From Octopus vulgaris (taxonomy: Eukaryota), in the NCBI GenBank assembly GCA_951406725.2, contig OX597823.1, positions 82,336,001-82,400,000 on the forward strand: a DNA stretch of 64,000 nucleotides. Reading direction: 5' to 3'. How positions within the stretch are numbered: position 1 is the first letter of the stretch; the number at the start of each line of letters is the position of its first letter. This document shows, in pieces, positions 51,568 to 64,000 of this stretch. Made by a program: the position numbers and the translations under genes. Below the pieces are notes generated by a model that saw only the letters and a list, made by a program, of their open reading frames with translations, was not told the origin of the DNA and ran no database searches.

Positions 51568-51614
<47 letters not shown>

Positions 51615-51658
51615 TAATTTGATCTGAGATCGTGTGCTGAAACGAAAACAATTGCAGC

Positions 51659-51886
51659 GTGGGAGGTATAAGCCATTTAGAAACACACAAAAGGTTCGAT
51701 TCACTCAACATTTAAGTTTAATTTGTCAAAATATTTTCGTCGCTACTTGACACAAAGTCCGTGCTGCACGGACTTTGTCAGTGAACAGTCGCGGATTTAG
51801 CGACGAAAATATTTTGACAAATTAAATTAAATGTTGGGTGAATCGAACGGTTGTGTGTTTCTTAAATGGCTATAAACACCTCCCAC
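51659..51886. repeat. Imperfect inverted repeat (~87-bp arms) of a PLE pLTR end, with a central hairpin
   Basis: gtgggaggt...tttgtcaaaatattttcgtcgcta / tagcgacgaaaatattttgacaaa...acctcccac; centre acaaagtccgtgc-t-gcacggactttgt. Confidence 0.9.
51774..51821 (+). ncRNA. Minimal HHR with swapped G3-C8 core
   Basis: TTTGTCA-GTGAACA-GTCGCggatttaGCGAC-GAAA-ATAT-TT-TGACAAA: perfect 7-bp stem I, 5-bp stem II, palindromic stem III. Confidence 0.75.
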
Positions 51887-51887
51887 C

Positions 51888-51935
<48 letters not shown>

Positions 51936-52006
51936 TATTCTAGCTTTCACTTGACATAAAATACTGAATACAATTGTACACGTTTGTTTTGGTAACATTT
52001 CAACGT

Positions 52007-52382
52007 TTATTACCAATGCCTTGGCGAAGGCGGAGGTATTGTTTCAGTTGCGTTTGTTTGTTTCTTTGTTTATTGTGAACAAGTTATCTCAAGAACTGCT
52101 GGATGGTTTCGGACGAAACTTTCAGGGATGTTTGGCCTTATGACTAGCTCGAACTGATTAGAGTTTGGGATAGATCTGTTACCGGATAAGGATTCTGGAT
52201 AATTTTTCCAGATTTTTTACTTAATTTTTGAGAGCGGTCCGGTTCATTTGTAGTATTCTCGTTTGTGAGAGCAGTCGAGTATATTTCAGATATTCTCATT
52301 TTAAAAATCATCTCCAGCTACTCGTTGAGAAGACGTTAGTGTTGCTTTGGCAGAGGTTTGCGCTCTTTGAGTGCTCTTGTTT
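52007..52382 (+). mobile_element. Helentron-associated non-autonomous element (HINE/DINE-1-like)
   Basis: 5' ttattacc..gccttggcgaaggcggaggt, (GTTT)n tract, 3' ttggcagaggt plus hairpin gcgctc-ttt-gagtgc, ends in a T run. Confidence 0.8.
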
Positions 52383-52404
52383 TTGATTTTACTACTATAA
52401 GTGA

Positions 52405-52605
52405 ATATTAGTTTCAAATTTTGGCACAAGGCCAGCAAATCCAGGAGAATGCATAAATTGATCATACGGATGCTTAGTACTCAACTATTACTTATTTTAT
52501 CGACTCCGGAAGGATGAAAGGGAAAGTAGATCCAAAGTGGTATTTGAACTCAGAAGGTAAAAGTTAGAAGAAATGCTGCTAAGCAATACATCCAGCTCGA
52601 AGCCT
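52405..52605 (-). mobile_element. SINE family A, diverged
   Basis: Similarity to other copies. Confidence 0.7.
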
Positions 52606-52740
52606 TACAATTATATGATATTAAAGTTTCTTTATTTCTAAGTATATCAATTTGAATTATTTGCTCTGAAAAACGCATACCACACTTACAAAAGATTCTC
52701 CTTCTCTCTCTCACACAAACGCACATTCTCTCTCTCTCTC

Positions 52741-52804
<64 letters not shown>

Positions 52805-53634
52805 TTATCTGTGTTAAGAAACTAATAATATCCGTAATGTGTCTCTCCAAAATACCAGCTACGTATTCTATGTTCTTTGCATAAAAATAAATATGGAAAA
52901 ATATATTGATTATTATCATTTTTTTTTTGTTACCAGCCTTAACAACAAAATATAGATATTTAAAAGTTGCGCAGGCTGTATTTAATAGATATTGTATTTA
53001 TTTCTTTTCAAAACAACAATATATTTCTTTGCATACGTCGTGCAATAAATTATAAAAGTGTAAGAAACATTTCCAGCCAGTGAAGCGTCTGATTTTAATA
53101 TGAAAATCTTATAAAAGTATTGCTTCTCCAGCTTGTGCTAGTCGTGTTGTTTGGAAGAACAAAACATCATTATATGTACATCACTATAAAAAAAGGCAGA
53201 CCAAACGAATATATCGCAATATGCGCAACAAATTGGATGCTTGAACGAGTTCAAAGTTCAGTTTGTCAAACATTTCAAAAATTAATGTTTCTCAACACGT
53301 CCCAAAGTGACTTTTTTAAATATTAAGATGGAAACATTTAATATGAAAGAAATTTATGAATTCACTAAATTGCATTCGACAATACAATGTTACATATTTT
53401 TTTAAAAGAAATATCTTGGATCTTGTAGAATTTATAAAATCGTTTGAGATTTTGTAAATTTGTATTGTAGTTAAGAGTTTTTAAAGAATTGTATATAAAC
53501 TTAATTACAGAAGCCAAGGATTTACATATTTTTAATATTATATTCGAACTGCGACATCGATTACAGATTACCACAGCTCACTTACTAGATCACAACAGTG
53601 GCACATAGGCACGGACGCATACATAATACATTAT

Positions 53635-53665
<31 letters not shown>

Positions 53666-53734
53666 CAAACATACATACATACTAGTGAGTGGACAAACGA
53701 AAGAAAGACAAACACAGACACACAAACATATACA

Positions 53735-53771
<37 letters not shown>

Positions 53772-54091
53772 TAATAATAATATTAGGGAATAAATCCAAA
53801 CTTACAGGGAAAAATTAGATTTAGGATTAAATCCAATTTTATAGTATAAATATATTATATTATATTATATTATATTAAATTAGAGATAAAACCACTATTA
53901 GGCAAATCAAACAGTGAAAAACATAAGCCAATACATAAAATTAATTTAAAAGTATAAAAGTTAAGAATTAAAAAATTATTAAAATAATTTAAACTTATAA
54001 ATTTTAAATATATATATACAAAAATATATATATATGTATGTATATTTTTATATTTATATATTATTTTATTTATTAATTAATTAATTTTTTA

Positions 54092-54237
54092 ACGACGAGC
54101 TTCTTTCAGTTTCCGTCTACCAAATCCACTCACAAGGCTTTGGTCGGCCCGAGGCTATAGTAGAAGACACTTGCCCAAGTTGCCACGCTGTGGGAATGAA
54201 CCCGGAACCATGTGGTTGGTAAGCAAGCTACTTACCA
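54092..54237 (-). mobile_element. SINE family C 5' part, near-consensus
   Basis: gacgagcttctttcagtttccgtctaccaaatccactcacaaggc...gaacccggaaccatgtggttgg; B-box GGTTCATTCCC on the minus strand. Confidence 0.85.
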
Positions 54238-55274
54238 AGCTTTCTGTCAAGTTTACTGAAAAGTATCAATATTTGCAATCTTCCCATTTACATACTTAGT
54301 GGACGCCTTCATTATGGAAAGTACTATTTTGAGGTTCAACTATAATACATACAAAGCAATTTCTTCGACAAATTCCACTCTTCTATCTGCTTAAATATTC
54401 TTATTAAACTAGTAGATCACTAACACTGGTGACATTTCTAGCGTATTTCTATATAATGCAAAAAGAAAAAATTACAGGTTATCATATAATTTCTTGCTGT
54501 TATAGACTTTAGCATATAACCATCGAATATTTGAATAATAAAGGATGCAAAATTTAGTACCAAAATCTACATAAAAACAGAAACCAATTTATTGGAATAT
54601 TTCCTGTCTGGAATATTTATACACAATACTTCTGCTTTGTGTTTCAAATGTACGATTATTTGATGAACACTTCATAAATTTTTCAGCGCATTGTAGAGTA
54701 GAATGTGATTCCAGTAATTGTCAATAAAGGGCGAATACAATTGTTATTCAACTTTTGTTTTGTCTTTATATTTTGACAGAAATGATTATTCTTTAAGCAT
54801 TATCTGTCTATCCCCACGCTCTCCCTTCTGATTACCTGTCTTGTCTTGTTGGATTATTGGCCTGATATGAGTTAGTTTAAACAACTTATGAAAGTTCATA
54901 CATAATAGTTAGGTAAATAATCAGCTCTTAATTTGTCTCTTAAGTAGGTGTTGTTCTAATTTTATAATGTTCAAGATGGTAAATAAAACAAGGTAATCAA
55001 ATGTTTTCCATATTTTGTTCTATATTTTCATCTTTGAAACATGTGAAATGCACCAATAAATTCTTTGATAAATCTCCACTGCACCCAAAAATGGAAAAAA
55101 TAACAAAACAATTAGAAACATTGCTATAGAGGCTCCAACTTTAGCTTCTTTATATCCATAATCGTTGTGCAAAAATAACGAGAGAAGATCTAAAAGAAAA
55201 ATTAAATACATTTATCCATGGGTGTATCCAGCTGTATCAGGGATTTCAGGTAACCGCTTTCAGCTGTAATATAA

Positions 55275-55487
55275 TTCTTCCTAATTTTGGCACAAGGCCA
55301 GCAATTTTAGGTGTGTGGGTAAGTCGATTACATCAATTCGAGTATTGAAATAGTACTTATTTTATCAACTCCAAAGAATAGAATAAAAGTCGACCTCGGC
55401 GGAATGTGAATTCAGAACGTAAATACTAATGAAATGTCCCTAAGCATTTTGCTCGGTGTGCTAGACATTTCTGCCAGATCGCTGCCT
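55275..55487 (-). mobile_element. SINE family A
   Basis: Similarity to other copies. Confidence 0.75.
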
Positions 55488-55499
55488 CGATTAAGACAC

Positions 55500-55915
55500 T
55501 TTGTTGCTGTTGGCATCCTTTTGTCTCAGGAGACAATGGAGTTGCGCATAAACTAATCCAGTTTGGTTTTTAAATTTCATGTCCTCTCTAGGTTCCTCTC
55601 CGCTTTTGCGCAGGTCAGGGCTACATGTAAGAAAATCCTGGGTAGCCCAATCGTCAGGATTCCTCTCTTGACTTTGCTGACGTAGTCCAAAAGAATGCAA
55701 AGCATTACGTTTGGCACCAGCTTGGTTGCAGGAGCTGCCGGAAGAGTGTCGTGTCGAACACTAAACCGCCAACAGGGCTCCACTTCAGATTTCTTTGAAG
55801 GTTGTCTCCTTTCCGTAACCCTGGAGAGGGGCCCATACCGGGTACTGTCAACCAGAGCCAGCTGAGACCGGAACTCGTATCAGGCAGGGTAGTTACTCCC
55901 TGAAGCAGTGAAGAA
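55500..55915 (-). mobile_element. Probable RTE-clade LINE 5' UTR fragment
   Basis: GC-rich island; minus strand tttggactacgtcagc..gagaggaatcctgacgattgggctacccagga resembles RTE 5' regions (from memory). Confidence 0.5.
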
Positions 55916-55954
55916 AATCACTACCCATTACTAACAATTAAGACACTAATAATT

Positions 55955-56140
55955 CTAATTCTGGCGGAGGGGGCGAATTACATCGACCTTAGTATTCAGC
56001 TGGTACATTATTTTATCAACTTCGAATGAATGAAAAGCAAAGGCAGCCTCAGCAGATTTTGAAAGCAGAAAGTAATGGTTAAGAAGAAACACCGCAAAGC
56101 ATTTTATGCAACTATGTAACGATTCTTCCAGCTCACCGCA
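55955..56140 (-). mobile_element. SINE family A, diverged
   Basis: Similarity to other copies. Confidence 0.7.
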
Positions 56141-56510
56141 TTCTTCTGCTATATTATAATAATCAATCACAATGCATAGACATTTTCACTAATTATGAAA
56201 TAAATGTGTAAATGATGCTCTTGAAATTTATAAAGTGTACTTATAATTATCGCATAAAGTGAGAATTGTCCCTCTGGAATGAACTTGTATGTATCCTAAA
56301 GTTGAAACATTTTCATGCAATGTTAAAATTCCTACATTTTGTAAGCAAAGGAAGCACTCTATGGAATCGACTTGCTGAAAGGATTTTAGTCTCACACCTT
56401 ACTGGTTTTAGTTAATTGCTGCTTTCTAAATTTAAATAGCGATTTGCATTAGCGAAAAGTCACCAAGTATGCAAGAGAAAGGTATAATAGATTTAATCAG
56501 ACTAATACAT

Positions 56511-56967
56511 AACCAGTAATTATGAAATGTGAAGTTGACGAAACAATCGGAAGTCTGAGAATTGAAGCTCTACTATCTCTTTAAGGCTTTTCTGAAAGTT
56601 CGTCTCTCTTCTGTTTTTGCCTATTGGTACAAAACCAGATATTTGGAGAGGATGGAAAAAGAAACCAGTAATTATGAAATGTAAAGTTGACGAAACAGTC
56701 GGAAGTCTGAAAATTGAAGCTCTACTATCTCTTTAAGGCTTTTCTGCAAGTTCGTCTCTCTTCTGTTTTTGCCTATTGGTACAAAACCAGATATTTGGAG
56801 AGGATGGAAAAAGAAACCAGTAATTATGAAATGTAAAGTTGACGAAACAGTCGGAAGTCTGAGAATTGAAGCTCTATTATCTCTTTAAGGCTTTTCTGAA
56901 AGTTCGTCTCTCTTCTGTTTTTGCCTATTGGTACAAAGCCAGATATTTGGAGAGGATGGAAAAAGAA
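56511..56967. repeat. Tandem repeat, 152-bp unit x3, highly similar copies
   Basis: Units start aaccagtaattatgaaatg at 56511, 56663, 56815. Confidence 0.97.
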
Positions 56968-57572
56968 GCAATCCATTTAAAGTTCATATTTGGCGCTTGC
57001 ACAAAAACGAAGGAAACTTCTTTACGTGATCACTCAACTACTAGAATTAATAGTTGCATCTCTCTCAAATCGCACAAAAAGGTAATTACACAAATCGAGA
57101 AATGTAGTGTGAGACACTGATCCCAAATGCATGGGACTGTCGTAGCTAGATTTTTTTTCATGACAGATCGTTTTCGTCAGGGCTTACCTCGAGAATAAAC
57201 ACAACATTGAAGAAAGAAAAGGCAAAAGCAACTCCATTGAGATTAGAATGAAATCAAATTTGCTAATGTTTCTACCAAATTAATAATAAATAGCAAATGG
57301 CGTACTGTTAATGAATCTTTTTTACGTTTAGAGATGTGGCGATAAGAGTGAACAATTAGAGTTGAATGGAACGTGTACAAGATTATGGCATCGCGGAAAA
57401 TTTTATATTTAATTATGAGCAGAAAAAAATATTCCAGTTGCAGAAATGTTGTTCTGCGACATAAATGATATATTGACACTAATTGGGGTAGGGTAAAGTG
57501 TCAGGTCAAACACACATATACATACATAAACGCGCACATATATATGTATAAATAGGTATCTATATGTATGTA

Positions 57573-57604
<32 letters not shown>

Positions 57605-58020
57605 CACATACGCACATACACATACACACATGCACATACACACATGCACATACACACACATACACACATGCACATACATATATGTAGACACAAACATCTT
57701 CAGTGGCACACACATGTATTCTTCAGTTTGGTCGAGGGAATTGGAGTTAACCTTTAACTGATCCAAGCTAAGAATTATTGGAGGCGTAAAATAAAAGACA
57801 ATATTGCTCACAAGAGGAGAACGATATAAAATAAATAAAAGATATCAAGTGCAATATCAGGGCTCTAGAATGTAGTTGAAAGATATTTTGTGAAGAATCT
57901 AAAAAGTTGTATTGTAAAACGCATTTAATTAGCCAAACATATCATATAGATTCGAATTTGTCCTTAGGCTAAATATCCATAACTAACAGTTATATCAAAA
58001 TGGCACAATCACTCTTTTTA

Positions 58021-59297
58021 TGAGTGTAAATCAAAAAATTACATGCAGTCTTGTTTCTGTAATTCACTAAAGCAAAAGCAGAGTTTGAACAATTACGCCA
58101 TTTTTCGACATACTCTGCTTGCTTTTCGATGCACTTCTTTCAGCTTTTCTCAAGTCTACTTATTCCATAGGAGAATAAGGTTTTCAGCTGGTCGCATAGC
58201 AATTTATTTCTACCGCTTCATGTGTTTCTCCATCCGTAGCAAACCGACGACCTCATAAAGGTTGAGCAGCCCAAAGAGGTGATAGTCGGAAGGGGCGAGT
58301 CCGGGTTTCTATGCACAGCGTTCCAGCAACTAAAAAAACAGTTTTCACTGGTTCAACAGTTTCGGCAGCCGTTTGTAGGTGTGCATCGTTGTATAGCAAT
58401 AACATTTGATTTGGCAATAGACCTCCGCGTTTAGTGCGAATTGCTGATTTCATTTTGTTGGTTAGTATTTCACTGCAGCCGACACTGGTGCCTTTAGACC
58501 TATTTTCCAGGCAAAGTTCCAGTATAGACTCTTTTGTGTCCCAAAAATTACTTAGCATCAGTTTTTCTGCAGAAGATTTAAACTTGAATTTTTGTTATCA
58601 CTGGCGATTCCGAGTGTTTCCACTCCATACTCTGCCATTTGGACTCTGGCTCAAAGTTATTAACCCATTCCTTCTGTAATAATTTCATCTTCATCGTTGT
58701 AGCAGTCGAGTAAACGTTGACAAATCTCAACAAGATTGTGCTAATGCGCTTCGACAAGCTCGCTTGGCACTCATCTCGCACGAACTTCACGGAAAAAAAA
58801 CTGGTTGTGTTTGATTTCGTATGCAGAACCATGACTAATTTTCAGAAAACATGACACCTTGTCGATGTTCACGCGTCAGTTCACTAGAACCATCGCTCGA
58901 GTTTGTTGAACGGTGGAGTATGATTGGCGCCCTGCTTCCTCTTTGTGCTTCATGCATTTTCGGTCAGTTTAAAACTTCTTGATTAACTCGTTTGCATGAC
59001 TACGCGGTTGAGCAAAATCGCCGTATTGTATCGGAAGTCTCCGATGAATTTCAATCCCTGACACACCTTCAGATCAGAGAAATCGGACCACGGATCTTTG
59101 CTGTTCCTTAGTGTACACTGCCAATAGATTTGCCATCTTTACTCTGCAACACAAGAAATAAAAGTGGTTCGATCAAGGGCAACCATTGGTTACGTAACTA
59201 CAAAAGTACTACCAGTCAAAACACGAGTGTTGAAGACAGCGCAGCCAACCGAAAGAAATTTTTGGCGAAGGTGCGGATAACTTTCGGGTTCCCCTAA
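58021..59297 (-). mobile_element. Full-length but decayed mariner (~1.28 kb)
   Basis: PESKWQSMEWKH..SP, FWDTKESI, KSAIRTKRGGLL..MLLLYNDAHLQTA; diverged TIRs TGAGTGTAAATCAAAAAATTACATGCA and TTAGGGGAACCCGAAAGTTATCCGCA, each flanked by TA. Confidence 0.88.
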
Positions 59298-60055
59298 TAC
59301 TATGAAATGGCACTACACACGGCTCCCTATGACCACAGGATTTATGAGAGCAGGAAACAAAAGCTTTTTAAATATGTGTATTCGATATTAATTTGTTACT
59401 GTTCGATCTAAAATTCAAACTTCTAACCTGCCATGATTAATCTGGAAGTGGTTATACCCTTATAATAACTGCCGCCAGGGTATACCACGTGATCAGATTA
59501 CTTCATATAATTTCCTGTTGAATCATTAACTGAATATTTTTCATCAAATACCAAATCAGTTGAGTCATTTCCAACTAATTATCGAATGAAACTTAAAATG
59601 GCAGCATGTTTCTTAGTAATCTAGTGTTTTCTATAATATTCTTTCTATAAATAAAAATGTAAAAGCTTACTTTTTTAATTCTCTGTCCATATATTATATT
59701 TATATTCTATTAAACATTGAAAGATACCGCAGTTGTTCTAAATGAAAATAAAATGTTACTACACCAAAATAAAGATTTGTATTTCCTGTCTAGACGCTAT
59801 TTCATTTCACACAATCGAAACAATGTTGAGTTTGTGATATTATAAATTTTGTATATGTCTCTACGTTTTATCTGTTTCACACAGGAAATAAATGTGTATC
59901 TAACAGGTAAAACAATCGCGACTAAAATTTCATTACAATGTATAATTTCTTTGTGTTTCTCAAATGCCATTTTTACGATAAATGATTATAACAGACGACA
60001 ATCAAAACAAATGGTATTTAAGTGAAATGTTGGACACGCCATATATACATACATT

Positions 60056-60086
<31 letters not shown>

Positions 60087-60089
60087 CCA

Positions 60090-61345
60090 TAATCTTGGGA
60101 TGAGCCAAGCAATTGTTAATAAACAAAAGTTCATGTAGGAGGGTGGGAGCATAGAAGGAACCTAATTTCAATGTGGTTAGACTACAAAAATACCCTTGGC
60201 TCTGTTCCCCACTCATGGATGCTAGAAATTTTTCGACTTACTAAAGTTCCAGTGAGTATAGTCAAAGCCATTGCTGACCTCACTTCGTCGTGGGCCACTA
60301 TCGTGAAGTTAAATGCAAGAAGTGAATGTATTATCACCGATAGAATATAGTATCGCAGAGGTATATTCCGAGGGGACAGCCTGTTTGTGATGTTGTTTAT
60401 ACTTTCTGTAAACCCATTGTCATTCATGTCAAAGAAGTCTGAAGGATATCTCACAGGTTCACAAAAAGAATTTAAAAAAACGAAAGACAGAAATACCGAA
60501 ATTACACACTGTTTCTTTGTGAATGACTTGAAACTATATGCCAAGATTATGTATAAGTTGAAAAATAGCCTTGAACTGGTTACAATATTCTCAAAGGATA
60601 TAGGGTTGGCGTTTGATCAAGATAAATGTTGCTATATGGTTGTGAAAAGAGGAAACGTTGTAAACCAGACTAGCAACAACTCTATTGATAGCTTAACTAT
60701 TTCCCCTATATCTGAAGAGGAATTTTATATGTGTCTAGGGGTGGATGAAAACATATCTTTCGATGAAACTTGTACCCATACCACCATTTGGCAGCTTGAT
60801 AGGACGCTTGATGAAAACCGAGCCACTGGTGTGAAAACCCAGAAGATACTAGCCAACACCTATAATTTCCACATCAACAGTGACGTAGACCGCCTCTACA
60901 TAAATCAAAAACAAAGGAGTAGAGGCTTAACATCGATCCAGACTGCCGTATCATATCCCTATCAAGTCGTATCACATCCCTTCGACAACATCTTTCAACT
61001 ACCAAGTATCGAAGTGCATCCCTTGACCAACTTTGCATACATGAGGTTGATAACATTATGAGACTCTGAAAGCAGCTCCGTGAGCAGCATTCCTTGTTAA
61101 CCTCAAATTGATAACCTCAAATACACGCCCAAAGAAATCGCACGACTCTACTGCAACATATCATCGAATGAAAGAGTGAGCGCATATTAGCAGAAGACAA
61201 TGCATTGATATGTTAGTAGAAAGGTCCGGGTTGATAGTAATATTAATTATTAAAGCAGTCTCTATCATGGATCAATAACCAGATTACTATCTCTCACTTT
61301 GAAGGTTATCCATTTTCAATCCAGGAACATGGAATATCAACGAAT
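60090..61345 (+). mobile_element. R4/Dong-like non-LTR retrotransposon RT fragment, decayed
   Basis: DYKN..SVPHSW, GIFRGDSL..LF.LSVNPLS, ITHCFFVNDLKLYAK, FSKDIGLAF..DKC, FHINSDVDRLY..QK..SRGL. Confidence 0.85.
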
Positions 61346-61490
61346 AGCTGATGCGCAACAAAGGACAGAAACGCTAAGCATTTCTCCCGGCGTGCTAACG
61401 TTTCTGCCAGCTCGCCGCCTTCCTGTTCCCCTATGTCAACGTTCGAATCTACGGCATCGTATTAAGAATAAATATGCAATTCATCGTAAA

Positions 61491-61577
<87 letters not shown>

Positions 61578-61579
<2 letters not shown>

Positions 61580-61790
61580 TGGCATGGGTTGGACGGTTTG
61601 ACCAGGGCTGGTAAGCAGGAAGACTGCACCAGACCCCAGTATGATCTGGTATTGTTTTCTACGGCTGGATGCCCTTCCTAACACCAACCGCTCCGAGAGT
61701 GCCACCGACAGGGGTATCATTTGCGTGACACCGGTATCTGCCACGATTGCGATTTTGCTTGACATAATGACAAAGGTCTCGGTGATTGCC
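61578..61790 (-). mobile_element. SINE/RTE-associated repeat fragment
   Basis: tttctacggctggatgcccttcctaacaccaacc motif (reverse GGTTGGTGTTAGGAAGGGCATCCAGCCGTAGAAA). Confidence 0.6.
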
Positions 61791-61857
61791 GCTATCTGAT
61801 TGTATATATATATATCTCAGAATGAGATTGAAACAGTAATCGCTCGATGGCTTCTAT

Positions 61858-61900
<43 letters not shown>

Positions 61901-61957
61901 GTGTGTGTGTGTGTCTGTGAGTGTTTGTGTGTTCATTGATAGAGTAACAGATATACA

Positions 61958-62044
<87 letters not shown>

Positions 62045-63919
62045 TTTTTATGCTTATGTATACATAAATACAGATACACACCCATATAGATATGCTCATA
62101 TTCAGATATATATATTTGTATGTCCATAGACAACCTAAAAATAAATTAGGCACGAAAAAGTGATATCTTAATTGAATCAGAATCTCGGCTAGGAGTGAAA
62201 TTTTACTCGGACAAAAATCTTTCTGTTGATATTCGATATGAAGTTATTAAAACATGATGTTCAATTTCACGATGATATTGATTTTTTTTTTGTATAAAGA
62301 TAATTAACATATCTATGCAATGTTAAATTAGATAGTATTTCCAATGAAGTGTGCTGTTGAATAAGAATTCTTGCCCGTTATTGTAACTTATCGATCGAGT
62401 TTCGATTCCTACTTGAATGTGTTTCCAGTGACTGTATTTGCTAAAGTTCTTTTAAAAGCCATGGAAATCCCAAACTGCATTTTACCATTTCCTTCAATGT
62501 TCAAGCTTCTTGTTTACATAGGAAAAATAATATAATGTCACAATCTCTCGTGGCAAGGTATAAGCTGAACATACTCTCAAATCTTGAACTCCTTAATTAT
62601 GTATTATCGTAACAATACGATTACCAATGAAGACAATCATATAATATCAATATATGTAATAATACAAATGATAAAAGCACAATAAACATGAACCCTTCAA
62701 CTAGTTCAACGTCACGAGAATGAAGAACAATTCAAATTAACGTGACACCAAAATTTTAAACAATTACTGATAGCAAACATGTCAAACATATATTCCCATC
62801 ATCAGCTGCCGAACAAATATGACAATGATTTCGACATCTGGGCAGTATCTTCAATTCGGTGGTGTTAACAGCGTTATAATTATAAACGTCACCTTTGAAT
62901 CAGTAAACAAGTAGCAAGAGCGAAACAATAGCATAATATATCCATTACGTCTACATCTACTTAATATAAATAACGACATCGAATATAAACAAAATCATAT
63001 TAAAGTTATAGCTAAAAAGCATGGAAATATTTTTAAAAGGTATCTATGAAACAAAGAAATATCTCTCAAAAACGGATAGTGCTATCATAAAAACTATATC
63101 CAAAAGTGTATATGCTTTTAGTTGTTTCCCTGCTTTGTTTTTCTTTTAATGGTAATGAGTACTGCCCGTAACCCTTTCCAAATATTCCGCGATAGCTGAG
63201 ATCAAAGAAAAAGTTATTCTTAGATCAGAGATAATGTCCGATTGTTTAGAACAGAGAGGAATACGTTAAAAATACCGAATAACTAACTGATAGCATTAAA
63301 CCTGGTTTCGAATTAAATCTGCTAACAAATAAACTACAGTTACCATTAGTTTGTGTTTGAAATATTACTCCATTGTTTCAATATGATGTTTGTACTCAAA
63401 TATATTTTCAACAACACATTAAAAATTCTAATGTAATTACATTTAAAATCAACTTTTATTGATTGACTTTATGTTGTATGTAATGTAAGTAATCATTTAG
63501 AGGAAAGAATCTTGAGATTGAAATATCTTGTCTGACATAGTTGAAGTAATTTTTTAACAATATAAACAGGTACATATTTTAGTGTCTGTAAATCGATCGA
63601 ATGTTGAACATATGTATTCTCACACAGGCTCTATATTGTACCCATTGTCATGAATAGTATAACACGCTGTTCGAGTATACCATCTCATAAAAGATGTAAG
63701 ATACTGGAAGTGCAGTTTATTGTTCTATACAGTGGCAACATAATGTATTTAATGGTTTTAGGTAAGTCTGTAATGAAGAATTTTTTTTTTTCATATATGT
63801 CTGAGAAAGTTTTTAAAAGGTCACCCTCGTCTATATCATGTATTTATGATAACGAAGAGATGGAATAAACTGGAACAATGACGAGCTGGGTTAAATAACT
63901 TGTATTATTTGAACAGTTC

Positions 63920-64000
63920 AAGGCGGCGAGCAGACAGAGCCGTTAGCAGGCCGGGCAACATCTTAGCTGCATTTCGTCCGCCTTTGCGTTCTGAGTTCAA
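63920..64000 (+). mobile_element. SINE family A head, truncated by window end
   Basis: aaggcggcgagcagacagagccgttagc...ctgagttcaa. Confidence 0.8.

Larger units (their letters stand above)
48440..51575 (+). mobile_element. 5'-truncated, 5'-inverted Naiad-like Penelope element with long 3' region and HHR
   Basis: Inverted linker segment 48440-49050 (-), GIY-YIG ORF 49051-49449 (+), HHR 51458-51535, (TA)n on both flanks. Confidence 0.85.

Overview
AT-rich, microsatellite-dense eukaryotic DNA with no recognisable intact host gene; it looks intergenic or intronic. The SINE families and the (TA)n/(CA)n/(CATA)n density suggest an octopus or other coleoid cephalopod (inference). Nearly every ORF in the supplied track is a microsatellite or repeat read-through. 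Identifiable content: (1) three abundant tRNA-derived SINE families, often as dimers, trimers or inverted pairs; (2) several Penelope-like retroelement (PLE) remnants, namely one Neptune-like RT+GIY-YIG copy and three Naiad-like GIY-YIG fragments, one with a twin-priming-type inversion; (3) about a dozen type I hammerhead ribozyme (HHR) motifs in PLE terminal repeats, about five of them near-canonical, including a C3G/G8C compensatory variant inside a foldback; (4) a Helitron with both termini and a PIF1 helicase fragment, plus a Helentron-type non-autonomous element; (5) four mariner remnants and a TA-TSD MITE; (6) RTE and R4/Dong LINE fragments; (7) a cluster of three related GGATCTTTT..GATCC foldback DNA elements with 8-bp TSDs, two carrying telomeric (TTAGGG)n. 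There is a 100-N gap at 3131-3230. All calls were made by eye, and boundaries of decayed repeats are approximate.
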